The position numbers were made by a program, and so were the translations under genes. A DNA stretch of 64,000 nt from Octopus bimaculoides. Taxonomy: Eukaryota. This document shows, in pieces, positions 13,245 through 25,275 of the stretch (positions within the stretch are counted from its first letter, which is position 1; every line of letters begins with the position of its first letter). The stretch covers positions 2,993,803 to 3,057,802 of the forward strand of contig NC_069001.1 in NCBI RefSeq assembly GCF_001194135.2. The letters run 5' to 3'. The notes below the pieces were generated by a model, which was given only the letters and a program-made list of their open reading frames with translations, did no database searches and was not told the origin of the DNA.

Positions 13245-13745
13245 TACTACTTTATATATTAGGCCACTCTTCTAAGGCCCCTTTCTACTCTGTATCAGAT
13301 AAAGCACTCTTCTAAGGCTCTTTCTGCCCTTTCTAATAGAGCAACTTTCTAAGGCTTCTTCTGTCCTCTATAATAAAGCTCCCTTTTAAGTCCCCTTCTG
13401 TCCTCTATAATAAAGCTCTCTTCTAAGGCCAATTCTGCCCTGTAACACACTCTTAAGGCTCCTTCTGTTCCTGTATAATAAAGCTCTTTTCTAAGGCTTC
13501 TTCTGCCCTCAATAATAAGGCACTATTTCACTATTCTAAGACCCCTTCTGTCCTATATAATAAAACCCTCTTCTAAGGCTCCTTCTGTCCTATATAATAA
13601 AGCTCTCGTCTAAGGCCCCTTCTGTCCTGTATCATGGAGCACTCTTTTAACGTCCCCTCTCTTGTACATATTAGAGCAGTCTTTTAAGGCCCTTTCTTCT
13701 GTATATAATAAAGCAATGTTATCAGGCCCTTTCTCTTGTCTACAA
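13245..13745 (+). repeat. ~35-bp degenerate minisatellite containing repeated AATAAA, 3' of ASB8
   Basis: About 14 units of ataataaagctctcttctaaggccccttctgtcct. Confidence 0.85.
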
Positions 13746-13987
13746 CAGCGTTTATTGTAAGCCTCTATGCATGTATAGTGATTCCTTTTCTTACAAAAAA
13801 CTGTTGCAATATAAATGTAATTCTGGCTTTGAACAATAAAAGAAGAAAACAATGTATAGATTTATTTTACTTAAACTACTCTTGTCAGTCATTAATTCAC
13901 ACACGCACACGCGCACGCGCACACACAGAGGGTGAGCCAAAAGCCATGCACTGAAACATTTGGCATTTTATTTATATTACATTATTA

Positions 13988-14345
13988 TTACCTCTGCCTT
14001 ACCGAAGGTGGAGGTATAGTTTTCATTCGTGCTTGTTTGTGAACAAGATATCTCAAGAGCCACTGGATGCATTCAGATGAAGCTTTCAGGGATGTTTGGC
14101 CTCATGACTGGCACGAACTGATTACATTTGGGCATCGGTCTGGTTTCAGACAAGGATTCTGGATTATTTTTCCTGTTTTTCTTTTTTACTTAATTTTTGA
14201 GAGCGGTCGGGTTCATTTTTACTATTCTCTTTTGTGAGAGCAGCCGAGATTATTTCAGATATTCTCATTTTAAAAATCCTCTCTGGCTAATCATTGAGAG
14301 GATGTTGGTGTTGCCTTGGCAGAGGCTTGCGCTTTCTGAGTGCCT
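13988..14345 (+). mobile_element. Helentron-associated (DINE-1/HINE-like) non-autonomous element
   Basis: 5' ACCTCTGCCTT-ACCG-AAGGTGGAGGT hairpin, 3' subterminal inverted copy CCTTGGCAGAGG (14314-14325) and a terminal GCGCT/AGTGC hairpin. Confidence 0.55.
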
Positions 14346-14802
14346 GGTAGAATCGTTAGCAACCCGGACAAGATGCTTAGTAGCATTTCACCTGTCTTAA
14401 TGTTCTGAGTTCAAATTTCGCTGAGGTTGACTTTGCCTTTCATCCTTCAAGGGTCGATAAATTGAGTACCAGTGACATTCTGGGGATCGATGTAATTGAC
14501 CAACCCCCTCCCCCCAAATTTCAGGTTTTGTGCCTTTAGTAGAAAGGATTAATATTATTATTATTATTATTATTATTATTAAGGCAGCAGGCTGACAGAA
14601 TTGTTAGCACGCTGGGCAAAATGCTTAGCAGTATTTTGTCTGCTGTTACGTTCTGAGTTCAAATTCCGCTGAAGTCAACTTTGCCTTTCATCCTTTCAGG
14701 GTCAATAAATTAAGTACCTATCAAGTACTGGGGTCGATGTAATCAACTCTCTCTCCCCTCAGAAATTCCAGGCCTTGTGCCTTTAGTAGAAAGGATTATT
14801 AT
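14325..14802 (+). mobile_element. Two tandem SINE family 1 copies joined by (ATT)n
   Basis: Same head and core as 1335; tail ggccttgtgcctttagtagaaaggattattatt. Confidence 0.85.
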
Positions 14803-15344
14803 TAAGATGAAGAGCGCGATTCCATTGTAAGATATTTTATAAGTCGAACGATATTTCAACATTACGTCTGTCTTTGTCGAGTTCAAAATAAAAAGTGATA
14901 AAAATTCAAAATTACAGAAATTCAAACATAAAGTATGAACGAGAGCAACCAGCATCCACACGTTGATGGAATTCCTACTTTACAGTGATATCAGTTAAAA
15001 CCTCCCATCAAGATTTCATGTTAGTTTATGTTCCAAACACCAGCTAAATACACTAATTTCTTCATTATTTTCAAAACTAATTGAAATAAATGCAGTGTAT
15101 TTCGATGGCATTATGGTGACAAAAGGGTTAAGCCCTCATGAGTAGTTTGGTGTACATTCCATCAAGGCAATTTTCAAGCTCTCTTTTCAAAGCCCAGCTT
15201 TTAACCTCAGAGAGAAGAATGCTTTCTGTTTATGCTCTGAAAAACACTAGACTTGTTCACTTAGAAATGCATGACTGTCAGATTTTGTGACTGGCACTCC
15301 AACCATGCTAGAAAGAGAGAGAGCAACATTGTATAGCAAAGAAT

Positions 15345-15740
15345 ATTTGACTGAAAAATATTAGTTGTTGCCCCAGGGTGGTAGTGCGGTATTTTTGTAG
15401 TGAGTAGCAGAATGTAGAAACAATTTATTACAGTTTATTTGACTGAGAAATGTTACTTGTAACTCCATGATAGATCTACGATGTAGAAAGAATTTCTCAA
15501 AATTTATTTCATGAAAGAAAGTTAGCTGTTGCCCCAGAATGATGATACCATATTTTTAAAAGGAGTAGTGAATTGTAGACATAATTTAACAAAGTTTATT
15601 TCACTGAAGAATGTTACTGTCGACCCAGAATGGTAGTACAATATTTTTAAAGGGAGCAGCACAATGTAGAAAGAATTTATTCAAAGTTTATTTGACAAAA
15701 TAAAGTTAGCTTTTGCTCCAGTATGGTAATATCGTATTTT
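15345..15740. repeat. ~90-bp degenerate minisatellite (~4-5 units)
   Basis: Units ttag(t/c)tgttgccccag..tggtagt...tattttt...tgtagaaa.aattta...aagtttatt.actga start near 15361, 15521, 15613 and 15705. Confidence 0.7.
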
Positions 15741-17379
15741 TATAGGTTGTAGTAAAAGGGTAGAAATAAAAACAATCGAACAACAGAATAATGGGTCATA
15801 CATTTACTGAAAATCCATACAAATTGATAGATATGACATGGTAATGCTGCACAGGCACACATTNNNNNNNNNNNNNNNNNNNNNNNNNNNNNNNNNNNNN
15901 NNNNNNNNNNNNNNNNNNNNNNNNNNNNNNNNNNNNNNNNNNNNNNNNNNNNNNNNNNNNNNNNNNNNNNNNNNNNNNNNNNNNNNNNNNNNNNNNNNNN
16001 NNNNNNNNNNNNNNNNNNNNNNNNNNNNNNNNNNNNNNNNNNNNNNNNNNNNNNNNNNNNNNNNNNNNNNNNNNNNNNNNNNNNNNNNNNNNNNNNNNNN
16101 NNNNNNNNNNNNNNNNNNNNNNNNNNNNNNNNNNNNNNNNNNNNNNNNNNNNNNNNNNNNNNNNNNNNNNNNNNNNNNNNNNNNNNNNNNNNNNNNNNNN
16201 NNNNNNNNNNNNNNNNNNNNNNNNNNNNNNNNNNNNNNNNNNNNNNNNNNNNNNNNNNNNNNNNNNNNNNNNNNNNNNNNNNNNNNNNNNNNNNNNNNNN
16301 NNNNNNNNNNNNNNNNNNNNNNNNNNNNNNNAGAAATAAAAACAATCGAACAACAGAATAATGGGTCATACATTTACTGAAAATCCATACAAATTGATAG
16401 ATATGACATGGTAATGCTGCACAGGCACACATTCACACACACAAGTATCCATGCATGTGTATGTGCTTGCATGTATATATATATATATATATATTTTTAT
16501 TTATATATCGTATATATACCCACACACATACACCTCCTTCGTTTTCTCTCTCTCTCTCTCTCTCCCCTTTCATTTCAATGTCAGCCTCATCAATTGATCT
16601 AAGACCTTCTCTCAAAAAAAAAAAAGAAAGGTGGACACAAAATGAAAGGAAGGAAAAAGTATTGTCTGAAATATTTAAAGAAATCAATAAATAATCTTTG
16701 TTAGTCAAACTCTAAGCGAGCAGAAGAACAAAAGGTGAAGAATTGCTGAAACTAAGGTGATTCAGAAAGGAATTTTTTTTTTTTTTTTTTTTTTTTTNNN
16801 NNNNNNNNNNNNNNNNNNNNNNNNNNNNNNNNNNNNNNNNNNNNNNNNNNNNNNNNNNNNNNNNNNNNNNNNNNNNNNNNNNNNNNNNNNNNNNNNNNNN
16901 NNNNNNNNNNNNNNNNNNNNNNNNNNNNNNNNNNNNNNNNNNNNNNNNNNNNNNNNNNNNNNNNNNNNNNNNNNNNNNNNNNNNNNNNNNNNNNNNNNNN
17001 NNNNNNNNNNNNNNNNNNNNNNNNNNNNNNNNNNNNNNNNNNNNNNNNNNNNNNNNNNNNNNNNNNNNNNNNNNNNNNNNNNNNNNNNNNNNNNNNNNNN
17101 NNNNNNNNNNNNNNNNNNNNNNNNNNNNNNNNNNNNNNNNNNNNNNNNNNNNNNNNNNNNNNNNNNNNNNNNNNNNNNNNNNNNNNNNNNNNNNNNNNNN
17201 NNNNNNNNNNNNNNNNNNNNNNNNNNNNNNNNNNNNNNNNNNNNNNNNNNNNNNNNNNNNNNNNNNNNNNNNNNNNNNNNNNNNNNNAAGGTAAACAATA
17301 CAATATTAATAATAATAATAATAATATTAGTAATAGTAGCAGTAATAATAATAGTAGTAATAATATTAATGATAATTTC

Positions 17380-18688
17380 CTTAAATAGGCACAAGGCCTC
17401 AAATTTGGGAGGGGGGAATAGTCAAAACTATCGACCCCAGTACTTGCCTGGTACTTTATTTTATGATCCCTGAAAGAACAAAAGGCAAAGTTGGCCTTGA
17501 TGGGATTTGAACACAGAAATAAAGGGCTGGAATAAATACTGTAAAGTATTTACTCCACCACTTCAATAATTTTTTTTTTTTTTTTTTCGCCAAGTAAAAA
17601 TTTAATACATTTTACCACCCAAGATTTGAGAAAAAATATTTCAATCAGGAAATTATTTTTAATAAAGCAATTTTGTTTATATTATTATTACAAAAAAAAA
17701 ATTATAGATATCTATAATTACATATAGTGAATTCTAATAAAATATTAATTCTATAATTTGGCATTTTAAACATGAAATTAATAGAATTTTCTAAAATAGA
17801 AAAAAAAAGGAAAACATTTTATTTTTGTGTAACTGCTAATCATTATCAAATTAAAGTCATTTAGAAGACAATATTTTTTATTCCAAATCTTAAGATTATA
17901 TTTACTAAAAATATGAAAGAAATCTGGTTTGTAACTGATTTATTTATTTATTGAATTGGCATGAGGTCCCCAGGGGATTACTGGTACTATTGTATCGAGG
18001 TCCAATCATGAAAAGCAAAGTATAAATTCCTATCAGGAATTGATCTCTGAACGTCATGTTGACGGATGGACTGACACATGACAGATAGGTGCTTTCTTGT
18101 CCAATTTCTACCAAATTTGCTGACCTCTAATTAGCGGTAATACTAATTAAAATTAATAAGAATAATAATCCTTTCTACTAAAGCACAAGGCCTGAAATGG
18201 TTGGGGCGGGGACTTGTCAATTACATCAACCCCAGTGTGTAACTGGTACTTGCCAATCCTGAAAGGATTAAAACAACAAAGTTGACCTTGGCGGAATTTG
18301 AACTCAGAACATAGCAACAGATTAAATACTGCTTAGTATTTCGTCCAGCGTGCTAACGATTCTGCTGGTTTGCCGCCTTAATAATAATAATAATCCTTTC
18401 TACTATAAGCACAAGGCCTGAAATTTTGGGGAGGGGACTAGTCGATTACATTGACCCCAGCATTTCACTGGTACTTATTTCATCAACCCCAAAATGATGA
18501 AAGGCAAAGTCAACCTTGGCGGAATTTGAACTCAGAATGAAAAGATGGGTGAAATGCTGCTAAGCATTCTGCCTGGTATGCTAATGATTCTGCCATCTTG
18601 CCGCCTTGATGATAATAATAATAATGATCCTTTCTACTGTAGGCACAAGGCCTGGAGTTTGTGGGGAGGGGGCTAGTTGTTTACATCG
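17380..18688 (-). mobile_element. Cluster of four SINE family 1 copies (minus orientation)
   Basis: Reverse-complement copies at ~17380-17560, 18165-18380, 18390-18605 and 18620-18688, separated by (TAA)n. Confidence 0.8.
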
Positions 18689-21600
18689 NNNNNNNNNNNN
18701 NNNNNNNNNNNNNNNNNNNNNNNNNNNNNNNNNNNNNNNNNNNNNNNNNNNNNNNNNNNNNNNNNNNNNNNNNNNNNNNNNNNNNNNNNNNNNNNNNNNN
18801 NNNNNNNNNNNNNNNNNNNNNNNNNNNNNNNNNNNNNNNNNNNNNNNNNNNNNNNNNNNNNNNNNNNNNNNNNNNNNNNNNNNNNNNNNNNNNNNNNNNN
18901 NNNNNNNNNNNNNNNNNNNNNNNNNNNNNNNNNNNNNNNNNNNNNNNNNNNNNNNNNNNNNNNNNNNNNNNNNNNNNNNNNNNNNNNNNNNNNNNNNNNN
19001 NNNNNNNNNNNNNNNNNNNNNNNNNNNNNNNNNNNNNNNNNNNNNNNNNNNNNNNNNNNNNNNNNNNNNNNNNNNNNNNNNNNNNNNNNNNNNNNNNNNN
19101 NNNNNNNNNNNNNNNNNNNNNNNNNNNNNNNNNNNNNNNNNNNNNNNNNNNNNNNNNNNNNNNNNATAATAATAATAATAATAATAATTTGTAGATACTT
19201 TTTTTTGTTTTCCTTCGTTCTTCATTTAACTCCCCCCAACAAAAAAAAAAAAAAATTTAAGTGATTTATAATCACATAGAATTTATCTCAAATAACCAGT
19301 TGAAGTTGAAAACATCGAGACAACTTTAATTTTAAAATGAAAAGAAAGAAAAAAAACTTTTTTATTCTTTTTCCAGTGAAAACATAAAAACAAAATGTCT
19401 GGTTTATTTATTGTCAGACTAAACCAGTTCGAAGATGTTTCTTGATCACAGTTGTTGATTGTTTTTTTTCTCTTTTTTTTTGTATGTGTCTTTTTTTTTT
19501 CTCCTCTATTTTGGTTGTCTGGCCTTTTAACATGCTGGCCTATATAGCATAGATGACAACCAATTTATACCAGGTACGTCACACCATTATCATTATTCAT
19601 ATTAATATGTCTTTAAATCTATTCTGCAGCAACAATGAATGCATGTATCTGATTAGTTAAAACAAAAATACAAACCCATCTTGCTGCATCTTGTCAATGA
19701 CTTGTGTTTATCAAATGGAGAAAAAAAAAAACCCAAAGAAAACTGTTATCAGACTTAGTTTAGTTACAAACGCTCTATAGAAACATTTCTGCAAGAAGAT
19801 ATGTCCATTTTAGGCGATCTTTCTTACTCCTTTTCACCGAAAAAATTAGTCACGAAAAACATGTGTCTTTGATAAATCTGGCAATAACAAGGAAGTGAAG
19901 AGGTGGGAGTGGATTTAAGAATTGGTGACAGGTCTTCAGTTGAAGATTAAAAGTATTCGATGATGTTACATCACCAATATTGGAGGAACAAAGGGAAGCA
20001 AGATAGAATACTGACAGGGTTTCTCTGAGCTAACAGGTCTTGTTTACAGAAAAGCGATACAGAAAATACTTTATTCAGAAGTATTTAGTTTCTCTGTGAA
20101 ATTAGGCCCTGTTGTCTAAAGACAAGGCTCTTTTCAGTTGCTTGGAACGAGAATTGGACTGATGAGTTTCACCTTCTTTAATACTCATCAGAATCTACTG
20201 ACCCTTCTCTGTTCCAAAGAGTAGATTCGTAAGTGGAAAGTTGCTTCTTAAAAATGTAAACAAGAAAAAACCTGGCTGACATTATTGTAACCAAAAAGAG
20301 AGAAGACAAAAATAGAGCATAATTTCCTACCAGAAACAAGGAAGTTTGAATGCAAAGCATGTTTCAGCTATAACAACTTTACATACAAATTCAAACTTAT
20401 AAGTATGTACATATATGTTTAAATATAGATGCATTTGTCAACACACTTATATGCACAAACAGGTGTACACTGAAAAAGGAAAAATGTGCAGAATTTTCTG
20501 GAAGTTCATCTATAGCTTATTCTAATTGCCATCTGATAAAGCTATTTCTGTCGGACTAGTCTCTGATCAGTAATTAATTAAAGATGAGAATGTTTGCAAA
20601 ACAATATATGTACCTAACATAGTGAGAGAGTGAAGTTGGAGGAGGATAGCTAATTTCGAGGGAGTTTTCTCTTTCTCTTTCTCCCTCTTTTTTATTTTGT
20701 TTGTTTGTTTCAGAAACAAATAAACAGAACACATCCTCAATCATGAAAGAATTAGGGACAACAAGCGGCCCTTTCAAATTTGGGTTAACAAAATCTGTTA
20801 TATAAGAGGCTGCATGACAAGCCACACACCAGTATGGCAAGCTTCTTGTTAGTTAAATCACAATAGAAGCTTTATATGTGTATATGGCTCAGTGAATTGT
20901 TATTTGTTGGTTCTAATCTTAATGTAGTTATGTTATAAATTTCCAGGTTCCTAATACCAAAATCTGTTTCAACACAGACCCTCGATATCTCACCAATATA
21001 TGGGGCACAATTTGTCTCTGCTTTTATCTCTTAACTGATCCTCCTTCATGGAAATCCTTTATGCCAGCATCCAAACTAAATTTTAAAAATATAAATCTAT
21101 ACATTTTGTATTCAGTTTTAGATTTGCCCTCAAATTTAATCTAAGGTCTTGCTTTAATTACATAAACTAAAAGATAGAATCAATAAGTTTCTCTACACAC
21201 AAGACATACAGAAAAGAGAGAGAGAGATGAAATATAAATAGGTATACTTAGTAGGTTTAATCATAGATCAGGCCTCATATTTAATCATGTAAATTGTGTG
21301 TTGGTTGCGTAACTAGGGAGGTGGGGGCAGTCCACCCTAGGTCACGATTTTGTGAAGGCAGTAACTTGGAGGCTGCTGTAAAATCGTTTAGGTTTTGGAG
21401 GCTCAGCAAACTCAAGGGCTGCCATGGCTGGCACACACACACACACTCTAGCTATGCCACTGATGTGTGTGTGTGTGTGTTTAGTTTTTACATAAATTGA
21501 GAAGGGAGATAATGGCATGGCTTTTCTTTCTCCAGCCACACTCATACATTCATACAGACACAGCTAGGGTGACAAATAGACAAGATGGAGTTGTGTAAGT

Positions 21601-22245
21601 TTGAATAATAAATACAGCTTTGAACTAAAGAGAAAAAGGTCTATTGATATAAGATGTGCACACAGGTCCAACGTATTGAAATACAAGGACCTGACCTAGG
21701 TGTGGTGGTGAGACTATTACAGCACACATTACAGCACACAGTCAGAGGTAAGTAGTTTTGTATGTATAGGTTTGTATAGAACTGAAATATCTAAGTAATA
21801 TTGCTCTTAATGTTCTTCCATACATTTTTTGCCAGGTTTTCATTTTCTTATTGTTCTTCCATACATTTTTCTTTTGTCATGGTTTGAGACAAATAAAACA
21901 AAAACAAAGTTGAATACATAAATTAAAAAGTCAAAGTGGATCTTGTTTCTCACAGGGAAGAAAAACTCAATGTCAAGAGGAGGAAGAATGAAGGAGATGT
22001 GACTATAAAGGGGTTGGGTGAAGAGAGAGAGAAGGGGAGCTTGCTAGGTCTTTCTACTCTATTATAGTTGATATCATTCTTCTGATATTTCACACAGTTG
22101 CTGGCTATATTACCTATCTTTCAATTTGTCCTTTTTAGTAAAAATTTACCAAACGAGGTGTAATTCAATTAAGTGTTGTGTGAGCCTTTTTTGAGGAATC
22201 TTTTAACCAAAAAAAAAACAAAAACAAACCAAAAAAATATAGAAA

Positions 22246-22417
22246 TTATTCCAGGATTCCATCTTCGTACAAAAGAGCCTCGAGGTTTCCACTCCGTTTC
22301 AAAACACTTCGCAAGTCTGTAGAGCTTCCTTCGTTTTCGTCATTGAAAGCCAAAAGAGAACCGCTCACATCAGTGGCCTGCTGGAAAGTACTGAAATCTG
22401 GAGAACCTGATGGTCGC
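22246..22417 (-). CDS. MYO3: Myosin terminal coding exon (RPSGSPDF...DLRSVLKRSGNL...GILE*)
   Basis: Long pyrimidine acceptor ttttctctctag, phase 2 matching the 42808 donor, TAA stop. DLRSVLKRSG resembles the D(Y/F)RxLLRKT THDII actin-binding motif at the MYO3A C-terminus. Confidence 0.75.
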
Positions 22418-22796
22418 CTAGAGAGAAAAGTAGAGAGAAACAACACACTTAAGATTTTTCAAAAGCAGAGGGATACATATACATTATATTGGTCAGCACA
22501 CTTATTGAGAAATGTATATATATTTGTATTGAAGGTTTATTCCATTTGGAACGTATTAGAATACAAAATAGAGCTCGCTCACCCTTACCAAATAGCGAGT
22601 AGTATTATTACTGTCCCCGAAAGTAAATCTTTGATGCTAACACATCCAACTGTATATCACCTGGATCCCATTATACAGGTAAACCGTTGCTTAATTTAAA
22701 TCCTGTGTGTATGTGGATCTATGTTGTATCGAAACAGGTTTAGTGTTTATTAAGTAGCTGTCTAAATGTACTCCTTGTTCATTTAAGCAACCAAAT

Positions 22797-23700
22797 AACC
22801 CTGAACAAAAAGATTGTGTGTGAAGAAGTGGCCACAAGGCAGCCTTCACAGAGTAATCAAATTGCCATCATATCTTTATGGTAATTCCATTAATTGAAAT
22901 AAATTTAGATATCTTGATTTTATTAAAATTATTGATGATTTGGTAGCTCAGCAGGTAATGGGTGTTGCAAAGTGGTAATATAACAAGTGGAGGTTTCAAA
23001 TCTCTTCCAGGAATTACAAAGGTTCTTATTAAATAACATTTTTATTTACGCAACCAAATTTCCCTCAGCAAAAAGATTGTCTGTGTGAAGAAGGGGCCAC
23101 AAAGCAGCTTTGATATAGCAACCAAATCTCCTCCAAATCTTTNNNNNNNNNNNNNNNNNNNNNNNNNNNNNNNNNNNNNNNNNNNNNNNNNNNNNNNNNN
23201 NNNNNNNNNNNNNNNNNNNNNNNNNNNNNNNNNNNNNNNNNNNNNNNNNNNNNNNNNNNNNNNNNNNNNNNNNNNNNNNNNNNNNNNNNNNNNNNNNNNN
23301 NNNNNNNNNNNNNNNNNNNNNNNNNNNNNNNNNNNNNNNNNNNNNNNNNNNNNNNNNNNNNNNNNNNNNNNNNNNNNNNNNNNNNNNNNNNNNNNNNNNN
23401 NNNNNNNNNNNNNNNNNNNNNNNNNNNNNNNNNNNNNNNNNNNNNNNNNNNNNNNNNAACCCTGAACAAAAAGATTGTGTGTGAAGAAGTGGCCACAAGG
23501 CAGCCTTCACATAGTAACCAGATCTCCCTCGTATATTTATAGTAAATACAATATTTGAAGTAAATTTAAGTATCTTAATTTTCTCATAGAAATTGTTGCT
23601 GCTTTGGTGGCCCTTTGGTGGCCCAGTGTTTATAAGTAGTAACAAGACACCAGCAGAGGTATCTAATCTCTGCCAGGAATTACAGGGTGGTCTTATTAAA
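22797..23700. repeat. ~260-bp tandem repeat (at least 3 units, with an internal gap)
   Basis: ccctgaacaaaaagattgtgtgtgaagaagtggccacaaggcagccttcaca at 22798 and 23460; diverged copy at ~23061. Confidence 0.8.
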
Positions 23701-24998
23701 CATTTTCAATTTTTAACTCTAGAGATAAAAAAGAATAATAAATTTTAGTAAGACCCCTTAATGCAGGCCTTGACCCCTGCCCAGGATGTTCAATGTGGTT
23801 GTCTATGTCTCTACCCATGAGACCACCAAGACAACCAACATTAACGTATTAAATTAAGAGATATTTCAATCTATCATAACTAAAGATAAAAAACAAAAAC
23901 TCTCTCTCTCTCTTTCTCTCTCTCTATATGTATATATATATATATATATATCGTGGTACTCTGTCAGTTATGACGACGAGGGTTCCAGTTGATCCGGTCA
24001 ATGGAACAGCCCGCTCGTGAAATTAACGTGCAAGTGGTTGAGCATTCCACAGACACATGTACCCTTAGTGTAGTTCTCGGAGAGATTCAGCGTGACACAG
24101 AGTGTGAAAAGGCTGGCCCTTTGAAATACAGGCACAACAGAAACAGTGAGAGAAAGTTGTGGTGAGAGAGTACAACAGGGTTTGTTACCAACCCCTGCTG
24201 GAGTCTCGTGGAGCTTTAGGTGTTTCTGCTCAATAAACAATCACAACACCTGGTCGTATCGGAATTTAAGGTAAAAAAACAAAACTGGTGGATGCGCACG
24301 CATACAGGCACACAAGAACATTTCTGCTTAACAGAAGGCAGCTTAAAATTAAAGGGAGAGCATTCAATTTTTCAGAGTGAGACGAATATATTATTCAAGG
24401 GAGAGCACTTANNNNNNNNNNNNNNNNNNNNNNNNNNNNNNNNNNNNNNNNNNNNNNNNNNNNNNNNNNNNNNNNNNNNNNNNNNNNNNNNNNNNNNNNN
24501 NNNNNNNNNNNNNNNNNNNNNNNNNNNNNNNNNNNNNNNNNNNNNNNNNNNNNNNNNNNNNNNNNNNNNNNNNNNNNNNNNNNNNNNNNNNNNNNNNNNN
24601 NNNNNNNNNNNNNNNNNNNNNNNNNNNNNNNNNNNNNNNNNNNNNNNNNNNNNNNNNNNNNNNNNNNNNNNNNNNNNNNNNNNNNNNNNNNNNNNNNNNN
24701 NNNNNNNNNNNNNNNNNNNNNNNNNNNNNNNNNNNNNNNNNNNNNNNNNNNNNNNNNNNNNNNNNNNNNNNNNNNNNNNNNNNNNNNNNNNNNNNNNNNN
24801 NNNNNNNNNNNNNNNNNNNNNNNNNNNNNNNNNNNNNNNNNNNNNNNNNNNNNNNNNNNNNNNNNNNNNNNNNNNNNNNNNNNNNNNNNNNNNNNNNNNN
24901 NNNNNNNNNNNNNNNNNNNNNNNNNNNNNNNNNNNNNNNNNNNNNNNNNNNNNNNNNNNNNNNNNNNNNNNNNNNNNNNNNNNNNNNNNNNNNNNNNT

Positions 24999-25270
24999 TT
25001 GCCAAGGGAAGTTATCCTTCCCATCTTGATCTACGATACGTACGTACTCGAGTTTCAGGGTTATTTCCCTTCTTCAGCGTACGACAATCGCCGAGCTTCG
25101 ATGCAAAAGGCATCCCTTGGCAAATATATATAAGTTTTTCCAGTGAAATTATTCACTGATATCGAAAAACTGACAACAAGCAATGTTAAATCTCTGAACG
25201 AGGTATTAACAGTAACTGCACGATAAAGTGAAGTATATTTGCCACTTAAATGTGGCTGACCCCGAGGGGT
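24999..25270 (-). mobile_element. Structured HHR-bearing element (Penelope pseudo-LTR / retrozyme-like), truncated by an assembly gap
   Basis: Contains the HHR, an 11-bp inverted repeat (24999-25009 / 25113-25123) and hairpins at 25006-25022, 25100-25114, 25141-25158, 25241-25256 and 25259-25270. No ORF. Confidence 0.5.
25039..25083 (-). ncRNA. Minimal type I hammerhead ribozyme
   Basis: Minus strand reads CGTACG-CTGAAGA-AGGG(AAATAA)CCCT-GAAA-C(TCGA)G-TA-CGTACG: 6-bp stem I, intact CUGANGA and GAAA core, 4-bp stem II, palindromic ACTCGAGT stem III, GUA cleavage triplet. Confidence 0.85.
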
Positions 25271-25275
25271 GGATG

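Noticed and set aside
15762-16432. Exact ~100-bp direct repeat flanking an N-gap (also 10075-10180 around a 10-N gap)
   Set aside because: Typical scaffolding overlap artefact.
19511-19563. ttggttgtc...gacaaccaa inverted repeat as a possible pre-miRNA
   Set aside because: Only a 9-bp stem with a poorly paired interior; too weak for a miRNA hairpin.
20159-20191. CTGATGAGT...ACTCATCAG with GAAA on the minus strand, superficially a hammerhead or C/D box
   Set aside because: Stem II cannot form and stem I is mismatched; the 9-bp inverted repeat would sequester the core. Treated as a simple hairpin.
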